In this document: piece after piece, positions 18,932 to 27,528 of the stretch
Layout: the number at the start of each line of letters is the position of its first letter
Position numbering within the stretch: the stretch's first letter is position 1
Source: an uncultured virus (IMG/VR IMGVR_UViG_3300037601_000035)
Lineage: Duplodnaviria > Heunggongvirae > Uroviricota > Caudoviricetes
IMG/VR virus record: IMGVR_UViG_3300037601_000035
Strand: one strand, 5' to 3'
Length of the DNA: 64,000 bases
The notes under the pieces: generated by a model
Databases searched by the model: none
Told to the model about the DNA's origin: nothing
Seen by the model: only the letters and a program-made list of their open reading frames with translations
Translations under genes and position numbers: made by a program

Positions 18932-20428
18932 ATGATTATTAAAGTACAATTAGACGATAAAAGAATAGAAGATTCTCGAATAGGAGAAAAGTTTATATTA
19001 TTATTTGGTGAATCGTCAGAAAATAGATTAATAGTAAAATTTGTAGGAGCTGCAAGAACTTCCGGAAAATCTATATTTAATATAGAGTTTTATAATGGAG
19101 ATGAATTTGGTATTTCTAATCAAAAAGAAATACTTGAAAAAATAAAAAAATGTACCAAATTTAATTTATTTTCTTTTAAAAATTCTGAAATTAACGGATC
19201 TATGGAATATGTAGAACCTATGATTGAAGGAGGAAGTGTAGGAGCAGAAGCAGAAGCTAAAGACACACAAGATACTGTATATTTTTATGAAAAATATAGT
19301 TCATATATTCAACAAGGATATGAATTACATTTTGGTGATGTTGATTTGTCTGGATCGCATTTAACTGAAATTCCAGAAAAATGGAAAAATCAAATTGTTA
19401 TTGGGGAGTTTAATATTTCTAGAAATGATATTGTTTATTTAAAAAATTGTCCTCTTATTATAGAAGGAGATTTTTTAGCTCATCATAATTTATTACTAAC
19501 TCTTACTAATGGTCCTAAAATAGTTACGGGTAAATATAATGTCCATGCGAATAGAATTTTTTGTTTAAAGGGAATACCGGAGAATGTGCCTGGTTTTCAA
19601 AGATTTGGCGGTCACCCTATAGCAGGTTATCAAATGTGTGGATCTTACGGAGGTTCAGACAAAGATTATGAACAACATCTAGATAATTGTTTTCAGAATC
19701 AAGATTATCTTCCAGAATCTGCTAAACTCTTAAATGGAAATAAACTTGTTTCATTTAAAGGATTTCCTAATGAAGTTTCGGAAGAAGAAATTAATTCTAG
19801 TAGAGAAGAAGCTTTTAACAAATATTTTATTAAATTATTATCGGAAGAAGAAAGACAATTTATTAGAAGGGAATTAAAAGAATGGGATAAAGATGCTTAT
19901 CAATGGCTTAAAGGTAAAATAAATTCAGAATATGGAGAACAAGTTGTAGAATACGACCTATTAGCAGAACAAATTGATGAACTTAAGGATTATGTTCAAT
20001 ATTTAAGTGAAGTGTTAGAAATTATACTTAAGTATGTTTCTGTCGAAGAAAAAGAGTTTAATAAAAAAATTAAATCGTTTTTTAAAAATAAAAACAATCA
20101 ACAAAAATATCCTTATAAGATAGATATTTTAAAAGATTGGGGTAAACAAATGTATGGTCCTCAAGGAGCTGTTCCAGTTGCAACATCAATTAGCGAATAT
20201 TTTCCTGCTCTAGTACAATTAACAAAAGATATTAATAAATTCATATTAGATGCGCAATTATATCATACTGATTTTTCTAGACAATATCCAAATTTGGATA
20301 CAAGTAAAGAAATTACTATTAAAGATGTTGCTAATACAAGAATAGGTGACATCGAAGAAATAAAAATGGCTATTGAAAATTTTAAAAATGGGAAAGGTCT
20401 TCCTATATTTTATACTGCTTGTTATTAA
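18932..20428 (+). CDS. LRR protein family C with N-terminal extension
   Basis: VDLSGSHLTEIPEKWK...GEFNISRN; LLSEEERQFIRRELKEWDKDAY cap. Confidence 0.8.
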   Translation: MIIKVQLDDKRIEDSRIGEKFILLFGESSENRLIVKFVGAARTSGKSIFNIEFYNGDEFGISNQKEILEKIKKCTKFNLFSFKNSEINGSMEYVEPMIEGGSVGAEAEAKDTQDTVYFYEKYSSYIQQGYELHFGDVDLSGSHLTEIPEKWKNQIVIGEFNISRNDIVYLKNCPLIIEGDFLAHHNLLLTLTNGPKIVTGKYNVHANRIFCLKGIPENVPGFQRFGGHPIAGYQMCGSYGGSDKDYEQHLDNCFQNQDYLPESAKLLNGNKLVSFKGFPNEVSEEEINSSREEAFNKYFIKLLSEEERQFIRRELKEWDKDAYQWLKGKINSEYGEQVVEYDLLAEQIDELKDYVQYLSEVLEIILKYVSVEEKEFNKKIKSFFKNKNNQQKYPYKIDILKDWGKQMYGPQGAVPVATSISEYFPALVQLTKDINKFILDAQLYHTDFSRQYPNLDTSKEITIKDVANTRIGDIEEIKMAIENFKNGKGLPIFYTACY

Positions 20429-20462
20429 AATTAAAATAAACTAAAAAATTATAAATAAAAAT

Positions 20463-21044
20463 ATGGAAAAAGAATCAAATAAAGAATTTGATGTATATCA
20501 AAATGAAGAAACTTTATGGAAATCTTTTAAGGAAAGTATAGAATATCCTTTAAGAACTGATGACATACTATCTCAAATGATAATTAATGAAGAAAACCCG
20601 TCTTCTACATTCACTGATAAATTTATTAGTGATCTTAGAATGTGTATTAGTCATTCTATAAGAAATGAAAATTTATTACTAAAAGTTCCTTCTTCTTTTA
20701 AAATAGGTTTATCCTCCTTTGATGAAGGATATTTTATAAACTATGAAATTCCAAATGATAATATTATTGATTACTATATTAATATTTTTGATGAATTAAA
20801 TGAAAAGTGTTTTGTAGTTGTTTACGATCGCAAAGTTTATGTTTATGATAATCTTTCAAATGAAAGAAAAATACATACTTTTTCTTTTTCTAAAGACGGT
20901 AAATGGTATTATGATATTTTACATAAAGTAGATAAACTGTCTTTAAGAACTGTTTCAACTTGGTTTCCTAGTAAAGAAAAAATGCATTCTGAAGGGTTTT
21001 TAGTAGTTGGATTGTTTCATTTTTTAATTCCACTATCAGATTAA
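20463..21044 (+). CDS. Hypothetical protein
   Basis: 193-aa ORF in operon. Confidence 0.6.
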   Translation: MEKESNKEFDVYQNEETLWKSFKESIEYPLRTDDILSQMIINEENPSSTFTDKFISDLRMCISHSIRNENLLLKVPSSFKIGLSSFDEGYFINYEIPNDNIIDYYINIFDELNEKCFVVVYDRKVYVYDNLSNERKIHTFSFSKDGKWYYDILHKVDKLSLRTVSTWFPSKEKMHSEGFLVVGLFHFLIPLSD

Positions 21045-21048
21045 ATTT

Positions 21049-22119
21049 ATGAAACTTTGGATGACAACAGATTCTCACTTTGGAGTAAAGAATAATTCTG
21101 AAGAATGGTTAGAAATAGCTAGATCTTATTATTATGATTTTTTTATTCCAGAAGTATCAAAAAGAAAAGGACCTACTGATATTTTAGTTCACATGGGAGA
21201 TGTGTTTGATAGTAGAAATGCTATTAATATTTCTGTTATGTGTTTTGCTAAACATCTTTTTAAAGATTTAGCAGCTTTATTTCCAGAAGGAGTTTATGTC
21301 ATTTGTGGAAACCATGATACTTACAGAAAAGATACTAATGAAATTAATTCTTTAGTTATTTTAGAAGGAATAAAAAATGTTCATCTTATAGTAAATGAAG
21401 AAGAAGTGTTAAGAATTCATGATAAAGATATAGCCCTACTTCCATGGCAACTTAGTTCAAAACACGAAAAAGAAACCTTAAAAGGAATTAAAGATTCAGA
21501 TTATCTTTTAGCACATACTTCAGTTATAGGAGCTTTGTATTCAGGAACCCGAAGAGTAGAGCATGGAAATAAACCAGAATCTTATGCTGATTTTGGACAA
21601 GTTTATACAGGACATATTCATACTTCTCAAAAAATAAAGAATGTTAGATTTAATGGTTCACCTTATGAAATTACTAGAAATGATAGAGGAAATCAAAAAT
21701 CTATTTGGGGATTTGATATTAAAACTGGAAAAGAAATTCAAATAATAAACACTTTTTCTCCTAAACATTTATCTATTAATTATGATTCTTTATTAGGAAA
21801 AGAAGAAGATGAAATTAAAAAAATAATTAAAAATAATTTTGTAGATGTAAATGTAAGTTCTGAAATTAAAGATACGAAAGAATTAGATAATTTTATGGAT
21901 ATGTTATCTAATACACAAAGTAGAGATACTAAAATTAAATTTATAGATAAATCTTTAACTCCAGATTCTATAGATATAGATGTAGATATTTCTAAAATGA
22001 AAGAACAGAATAATAGAGAATTAGTTAAAGAATACCTGTCTAAAAAAGGATATAAAGATTCTTTAATAGAAAAATTAGTAGATTATATTGAAATAGAGAT
22101 GAAAAAATTAGAAGGATAA
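21049..22119 (+). CDS. sbcD: gp47/SbcD/Mre11-like recombination nuclease
   Basis: Phosphoesterase motifs DSHFG, GDVFD, GNHD, AH, GHIH, GSPY. Confidence 0.93.
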   Translation: MKLWMTTDSHFGVKNNSEEWLEIARSYYYDFFIPEVSKRKGPTDILVHMGDVFDSRNAINISVMCFAKHLFKDLAALFPEGVYVICGNHDTYRKDTNEINSLVILEGIKNVHLIVNEEEVLRIHDKDIALLPWQLSSKHEKETLKGIKDSDYLLAHTSVIGALYSGTRRVEHGNKPESYADFGQVYTGHIHTSQKIKNVRFNGSPYEITRNDRGNQKSIWGFDIKTGKEIQIINTFSPKHLSINYDSLLGKEEDEIKKIIKNNFVDVNVSSEIKDTKELDNFMDMLSNTQSRDTKIKFIDKSLTPDSIDIDVDISKMKEQNNRELVKEYLSKKGYKDSLIEKLVDYIEIEMKKLEG

Positions 22120-22120
22120 T

Positions 22121-22330
22121 ATGCAAATAGAAGAACTTGAATTTAGAAATATTGGACCGTACGGGAACAATTCACAATCAATTAAATTCGAAAAAACCGG
22201 ATCTTTAAACCTACTGACAGGAAAAAATGGTCATGGGAAATGCGTTCATCCAGATACTATGATAAGTATAAAGTTTGATGATCCTGAATTAGAAAAGAAA
22301 TTTAAAGAGTATGCAAATATACAATATTAA
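22121..22330 (+). CDS. sbcC: gp46/SbcC N-extein (40 aa) fused to a 29-aa split-intein N fragment
   Basis: MQIEELEFRNIGPYGN...LLTGKNGHGK (SMC/Rad50 Walker A) then CVHPDTMI; directly follows gp47. Confidence 0.88.
   Translation: MQIEELEFRNIGPYGNNSQSIKFEKTGSLNLLTGKNGHGKCVHPDTMISIKFDDPELEKKFKEYANIQY
22241..22327 (+). mobile_element. Orphan split intein IntN of gp46
   Basis: Cys directly after the Walker A Lys; block A-like CVHPDTMISIK; no IntC partner in the window. Confidence 0.82.
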
Positions 22331-22353
22331 AGAGACTTAAGGTCTCTTTTTTT
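22329..22353 (+). terminator. Intrinsic terminator after the gp46-IntN fragment
   Basis: AAAGAGAC-ttaag-GTCTCTTT plus a T tract. Confidence 0.8.
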
Positions 22354-22389
22354 GTGAATATATACTAATATTAAATAGACTAAAAATAA

Positions 22390-24180
22390 ATGAAAAATTA
22401 TACGGAGTATTCTAAGGACTTAGAATCGAAAAGACATAGTAATAATCATCTTAAAGAAACAAACACCTCTGGGTTCATCTATGAGGACGAAGATGTAGAA
22501 TCTTTAAACGTAGAAAATGAAATAGGTGGTGATGAAACTGCTACAGCAAATGTAAGTATGGTTACTAGTGTTGCTGAGACATTAACTACTTATGTAGGAA
22601 TGGGTTTGGTAGCAAAATTTGCTTTTAAGAAATTAGGGGGATGGTTAGTTGGTTCAGCTATATCGAAAGCAGGAGCCGCTGCTGTTGCTAAATCTTCTTT
22701 TGCTGTTGGAACTACTGCAGCAGCCGCAGGAGCAGCTAAAGTAAGTATTTTTACAAAGGCTCTTTCTGCATTAGGTGTAAAATCTGCTGTTGCTGCAACT
22801 TCTGCTGGAACTACTACTGGTTTATGGGGAGCAGGATTTTGGACAGGTATAGGAAGATCTTTATTGATGGGAGGAAAAGCCATTCTTAGTTTCTTTACAA
22901 CTGCTGCAGGGGTAACTGTATTAGCGGCAGCCGCGGTTGTATGGGGATTCTTCTATCTTAGAGGAAATCCAGACATGTACGAGATTAAAGAAATCTGGGA
23001 AAATGGAAAACATAAAAAGAGTACTAGTAAAACAAAGATAAAAAATATTTATAAATCTGTTGCTGGAGGTTTATTTGCTTCTAAAACAGCAGGACTTTCT
23101 TTTTTAGGAAAATTAAATGATAGTTTTAAAGGAGAAGGAAAGTTTACCATAAGAATTGCAGACGATCAAAAATCTCTTAAGTATGTAGAAGAGTACATGA
23201 AAGGAATAGAGAAATTAGGAGAGTCTATAACTGAATCTTCTTTGATGAATGAAATTTTAGCAGGAGATTCTAAAGAAGATTGGATAGATGAAGTATTTGA
23301 TCAATATGCAGGATTTAATGTTTCAGGAAGAAAAGATATAGAAGATTATACTTCTATGAAAGCTTATGTTTCTAAGTATATGTTAGAAAATGACGATGAT
23401 GAAAAAAATCCTTATAAGATGTCGGTAGCAGAAGAATCAGAAGGATGGTATGATACTTTCTTTGATAATTTTATTCCTGGGATGAATACTATTGGATGGG
23501 CTTCTTGGATGCTTTCAGAAGAATATTTAAATCAAGCAAATAGTACTCACAATATTACCAATAGAAAATGGTTACATCAGGTAATACGTTCTTATTGGAA
23601 TAATAGAGTTGATAATTTAGATGCTTCGAATTTTGGAATTCAAGAATTTCAAAAATATTGTAAAATCATTTTAGGAAATGATTCTCTTTTAACTGATATT
23701 GGATTTTTAAGACAATTAGAATATGGTGTTTTAAATGAAGATGGTAAGTATACAACTAAAGGGTCATTTGAAGATTTACTTAAACAAGTAGGACCGTTTG
23801 TTACTAAATTTTTAAAGGCAAACGCTGCTTCAGATAAAAAAGTTCCTGTTACAAATGTTACTTTAGCATTTGCTACATTTTGGGCTTCTTATGCTCTAAT
23901 GGCTTCTATATGGGAAGGCTCGATTACTTACTTAGCTTTAATGCAACTTATATATGGAATAGAAGAAGGATCTAAGAAACATGATGTACTTAAAAAATTT
24001 AGTATAGATGATGAATACGAATCGGGAGAAAAAGTAGATCAAACAAATAACAATTCTAAAGGAGGTGTTAAAGGATCACAGGATTATGGAGACATCTCAC
24101 CAGAAATACATCAAAAAAATGCAGATATAGTTATAAATAAATTTAAAGAACTTGAAGGCCTAGATCAATTCCGTGGCTAA
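22390..24180 (+). CDS. Large Ala/Gly-rich protein with hydrophobic helices, candidate ejected virion protein
   Basis: AATATATA at 22357-22364; MKNYTEY start; long A/G-rich hydrophobic region at aa ~55-190. Confidence 0.6.
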   Translation: MKNYTEYSKDLESKRHSNNHLKETNTSGFIYEDEDVESLNVENEIGGDETATANVSMVTSVAETLTTYVGMGLVAKFAFKKLGGWLVGSAISKAGAAAVAKSSFAVGTTAAAAGAAKVSIFTKALSALGVKSAVAATSAGTTTGLWGAGFWTGIGRSLLMGGKAILSFFTTAAGVTVLAAAAVVWGFFYLRGNPDMYEIKEIWENGKHKKSTSKTKIKNIYKSVAGGLFASKTAGLSFLGKLNDSFKGEGKFTIRIADDQKSLKYVEEYMKGIEKLGESITESSLMNEILAGDSKEDWIDEVFDQYAGFNVSGRKDIEDYTSMKAYVSKYMLENDDDEKNPYKMSVAEESEGWYDTFFDNFIPGMNTIGWASWMLSEEYLNQANSTHNITNRKWLHQVIRSYWNNRVDNLDASNFGIQEFQKYCKIILGNDSLLTDIGFLRQLEYGVLNEDGKYTTKGSFEDLLKQVGPFVTKFLKANAASDKKVPVTNVTLAFATFWASYALMASIWEGSITYLALMQLIYGIEEGSKKHDVLKKFSIDDEYESGEKVDQTNNNSKGGVKGSQDYGDISPEIHQKNADIVINKFKELEGLDQFRG

Positions 24181-24209
24181 ATAAAACTATTTTTGTTGTT
24201 TTCATATTG

Positions 24210-24244
24210 AATCTCTACTAATTAATTTTAGTAGAGATTTTTTT
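24210..24244 (+). terminator. Intrinsic terminator
   Basis: AATCTCTACTAA-ttaatt-TTAGTAGAGATT plus a T tract. Confidence 0.8.
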
Positions 24245-24268
24245 ATTTAAAAAATTTTTCTTATATTA
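24240..24268 (+). promoter_or_regulatory. Putative early promoter (shared with 61376-61404 minus strand)
   Basis: TTTTTATTTAAAAAATTTTTCTTATATTA, 26/29 identical to the second copy; AAGGAG RBS downstream in both. Confidence 0.45.
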
Positions 24269-24318
24269 CAACACATTCAATTAACAATTAAGAAAAATTT
24301 TAAAGGAGTAACGTATCG

Positions 24319-25866
24319 ATGAGTTTAAAATCAGCAAGAAAAAAGTATTTAGATACAGGGGAAGTTTCTGAAGAAGTTTTCAACGAATTAAAAAAGAATG
24401 ATCCTTCTAAAACGTTTAAATATATCGAAGCAATGTGTGACTACTATTTAACTAAATCTCCAGATCTCGGTTATCCACAAGCATTTAAACAGAATCATAG
24501 GATTAAATTTATAAGTAAAATTATCTACCATTGGGAAAGATTTAGAAAAAAAGGTTATATTAAAGAAGATATTAATCAATTAAATTTTAATGAATGTGTA
24601 GAGATAGTTTTAGAGACCGGATATGAATTTAATATTAAATTTATGGAAAAAAAGGACACTAGAAAATATCATGAAACTGTTATTGTAGATAACGATAAAT
24701 TCAAAATTGTAGTTCCGCATACAGATATGGGTTCTATAAAATACGGATCAGGAACTAGATGGTGTACTGCTGCAAAAAGATCCAATAGATTCAATGAATA
24801 TCAAAACGCAGGTCATTTTTTCTATTACGTTCACTTTAAAGATTTAGATACTCATCCTAATAATCCTGAATTAAATTCAAATTATTATAAAACTGCTATA
24901 GATATAGATATTGAAGAGGATGAAATTAGATTTTGGGATGTTAATGACAATAAAATTTTAACTTGTTACAGTATAGATTTAGAAGAACCTGCAAAAGAGG
25001 TTAGAAAGGATTTACAAGAATTTATTGAACGTCATTATTCTCTAGAATTCCAAAAAGTTTATGTTCCTATAATTAAATATTTAACTTTCAATAGACGTTT
25101 TTTAAGTAAAAAATATATTCAACAAAATAATTTGGCAACGCTTTTACCTAATAATGGAGGATATATTTTCAATGATGATGGAACATTAGATAAATTTTAT
25201 GGAGATTGTGATTTAAATTCATATATTGAAGAGAAAGGAGAAAATTGTATAAAAATAAAGAATTTTATAGGAGATGGTTTATATTTAAATAATTTGAAGA
25301 TAAATGATTTATCTAACTATATTGAAAACGTTGAATGTTATAAAATAGAAGCTAACAATTTAGATTTAAATAAATGGTCTAGTTTTCCAAAAGGAAGTAC
25401 TTATTATATTGATTTAACTAATAGCAAAATTAAAAATTTATATCATTTAAAAGATATTTCTTACTTTAAAATAAATTTGAATTGGAGTCAAATAAAATCT
25501 TTAAAGCTTATTAGTAAAAATGTTTTAAGTATACACGCAAATGGAGTACCTTTAGAAAAAATAGATTGTAAATTACCAAATAAAATGGATGAGATTGTAT
25601 TAGAAAATAATAATTTAAAATCTTTGAAAAATTTACCTGATAATGTAGGAGAAGTTTATTTACGAAATAATAATATTCAGGATTTAAAGTATTTGCCACT
25701 AAAATTTGATACTATATTTTTAGATGACAATGAAATTAAAGAAATTCCTGAAAATTTAATGTCTCATCAGTTTAATAGATTATATTTACACAGAAATAAA
25801 ATTAAAATTAATGATATTTTTATTGAAGATTTAGTGTTAAATAATAAAAGAGGATCTTGGCAATGA
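24319..25866 (+). CDS. WCT-domain + LRR protein (family B, leaderless)
   Basis: DPSKTFKY, IVVPHT..SIKYGSGTRWCTAA, C-terminal LRRs (NNLKSLKNLP). Confidence 0.85.
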   Translation: MSLKSARKKYLDTGEVSEEVFNELKKNDPSKTFKYIEAMCDYYLTKSPDLGYPQAFKQNHRIKFISKIIYHWERFRKKGYIKEDINQLNFNECVEIVLETGYEFNIKFMEKKDTRKYHETVIVDNDKFKIVVPHTDMGSIKYGSGTRWCTAAKRSNRFNEYQNAGHFFYYVHFKDLDTHPNNPELNSNYYKTAIDIDIEEDEIRFWDVNDNKILTCYSIDLEEPAKEVRKDLQEFIERHYSLEFQKVYVPIIKYLTFNRRFLSKKYIQQNNLATLLPNNGGYIFNDDGTLDKFYGDCDLNSYIEEKGENCIKIKNFIGDGLYLNNLKINDLSNYIENVECYKIEANNLDLNKWSSFPKGSTYYIDLTNSKIKNLYHLKDISYFKINLNWSQIKSLKLISKNVLSIHANGVPLEKIDCKLPNKMDEIVLENNNLKSLKNLPDNVGEVYLRNNNIQDLKYLPLKFDTIFLDDNEIKEIPENLMSHQFNRLYLHRNKIKINDIFIEDLVLNNKRGSWQ

Positions 25867-27515
25867 GTTTAAAATCTGCTAGAGAAAAATATTTAAAAAC
25901 AAAAAAAGTTTCTAAAGAAGTTTTCAATAAACTAAAAGAACTAGATCCTTCTAAAAGCTATAAGTATCTTGAAGCTATGTGTGATATGTATGAAAATTAT
26001 TATTTTTACATAAATGAAGATGACCACTACCCGGAAAAGTTTTTAACTCTATATAAAATAAAATGGGTAGAAAGATTAATTTATCATTGGGATAGGTTTA
26101 GAAAAAAGGGTTACATTAAAGAAGATATAAATCAACTTTCTGCTGATACAATTAGAACTATTTTAGTTCGAGTATTTGAAAAATATAATATTAAATTTAT
26201 AGAAAAAAATGACACTCGAAAATATAAAAAAACTATTCTAGAAAACAATGATGATATACAAGTAGTTATTCCTCACACAGATACTGCTTCTATAAAATAC
26301 GGGTACGGAACTCAATGGTGTACAGCAGGAACAGAAGATAACAGATTTAATCAATATCAAAATTCTAATTGTGTTTTATATTATTTCTATTTTAAATATT
26401 TAGATAGGCATCCAGACGATCCATCTTCAAATAGTAATTTGTATAAATTAGCAGCAGAAGTTAGTAGAGAAGAACAATATATTAAATTTTGGGATGTTGA
26501 AGATTCAAATGTTTATGTAATACATTGGGAAAATACAAAAAACACTGAAGAAAATCTAGAAGAAATTTATAAAAAAATAGCAATATGGAAATCTTTAGAT
26601 CCTCCACATAGAGCAGATTTTCATGATATAATTAAACTTGCAGTATCTTATATAGATTTTTCAGAAAAATATTTTGATGAAAAATATAAAGAACAAAATA
26701 GCAAATACGACAAAGAAATAATTGACGAAGTAGGAAGTTATAGAGTATTTAATGATGATGGAACATTAGATGTATTTGGATATAATAATTATATTCCAAC
26801 AGACTACCCTATTAAAATTAAAAATTGTTTTTGTAGAAGTTTATTTATAAGGGAAATTTATTTTGAAAATTTAAATATTGAAAATATAACTTCTGTATAT
26901 TTATACGGAGGTAATTTAAAAATAGATAATTGGAAATCTTTTTCTAACGGATTAATATATGATCTGGATTTACATGATTCTGATATTGACGATTTAAAAC
27001 ATATTTCAAATATTTCATATTGGAAATTAGACGTTTCAAATACTAAAATTAAAACACTTTTAAATTTAAATACTCAGCATTTGGAAATATTTAACGGAAG
27101 TTCTAATGAAATAAATGAAATAGAAGTAGTATTTCCAGAAAAAATGAAAGAAATTAATTTAAGTAAATGTAAAATAAAAAAGATTAAAGGGTTACCTAAA
27201 AAAATGAATTTACTAAATTTAGTAGATAATGAAATTGAAAAAATAGAAAATCTTCCTCAATGGACAAGAAGAATATTGTTAATGGAAAATAATATTAAGT
27301 CTTTACCCGAAAATCTTTCGAATAGTAATTTTGAATCGTTAAATCTTTCTTACAACAAAATAGTTATAAACGATATAGATGTTTCTGAACTTTCATTGTC
27401 CAACCCTAGAACTGCAGAAGAAACGTTAATTTTACCAAATAGTAAAAAAATTATAGTAAATTCGGGTATTACACTTAGTGAAAGTACTTGCGACAGAGCC
27501 GGGGTACCATTTTAA
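25863..27515 (+). CDS. WCT-domain + LRR protein (family B, leaderless)
   Basis: Start set at ATG 25863 (MSLKSA, ATGA overlap); KYGYGTQWCTAG; LRRs; ends GVPF. Confidence 0.85.
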   Translation: MSLKSAREKYLKTKKVSKEVFNKLKELDPSKSYKYLEAMCDMYENYYFYINEDDHYPEKFLTLYKIKWVERLIYHWDRFRKKGYIKEDINQLSADTIRTILVRVFEKYNIKFIEKNDTRKYKKTILENNDDIQVVIPHTDTASIKYGYGTQWCTAGTEDNRFNQYQNSNCVLYYFYFKYLDRHPDDPSSNSNLYKLAAEVSREEQYIKFWDVEDSNVYVIHWENTKNTEENLEEIYKKIAIWKSLDPPHRADFHDIIKLAVSYIDFSEKYFDEKYKEQNSKYDKEIIDEVGSYRVFNDDGTLDVFGYNNYIPTDYPIKIKNCFCRSLFIREIYFENLNIENITSVYLYGGNLKIDNWKSFSNGLIYDLDLHDSDIDDLKHISNISYWKLDVSNTKIKTLLNLNTQHLEIFNGSSNEINEIEVVFPEKMKEINLSKCKIKKIKGLPKKMNLLNLVDNEIEKIENLPQWTRRILLMENNIKSLPENLSNSNFESLNLSYNKIVINDIDVSELSLSNPRTAEETLILPNSKKIIVNSGITLSESTCDRAGVPF

Positions 27516-27528
27516 ATAGGAGAATAAA

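Noticed and set aside
22330..22390. gp46 truncated by a simple frameshift into ORF 22390
   Set aside because: ORF 22390 has no intein or SbcC motifs and is separated by a terminator and its own promoter motif.
24185..24212. Ninth AAACT-type promoter
   Set aside because: AAACTATT is present but no TATAAT-like hexamer occurs at the 14-nt spacing, and a terminator follows.
25857..25862. TTG start for the second WCT-LRR gene
   Set aside because: ATG at 25863 gives MSLKSA, matching the paralogs and an ATGA overlap.
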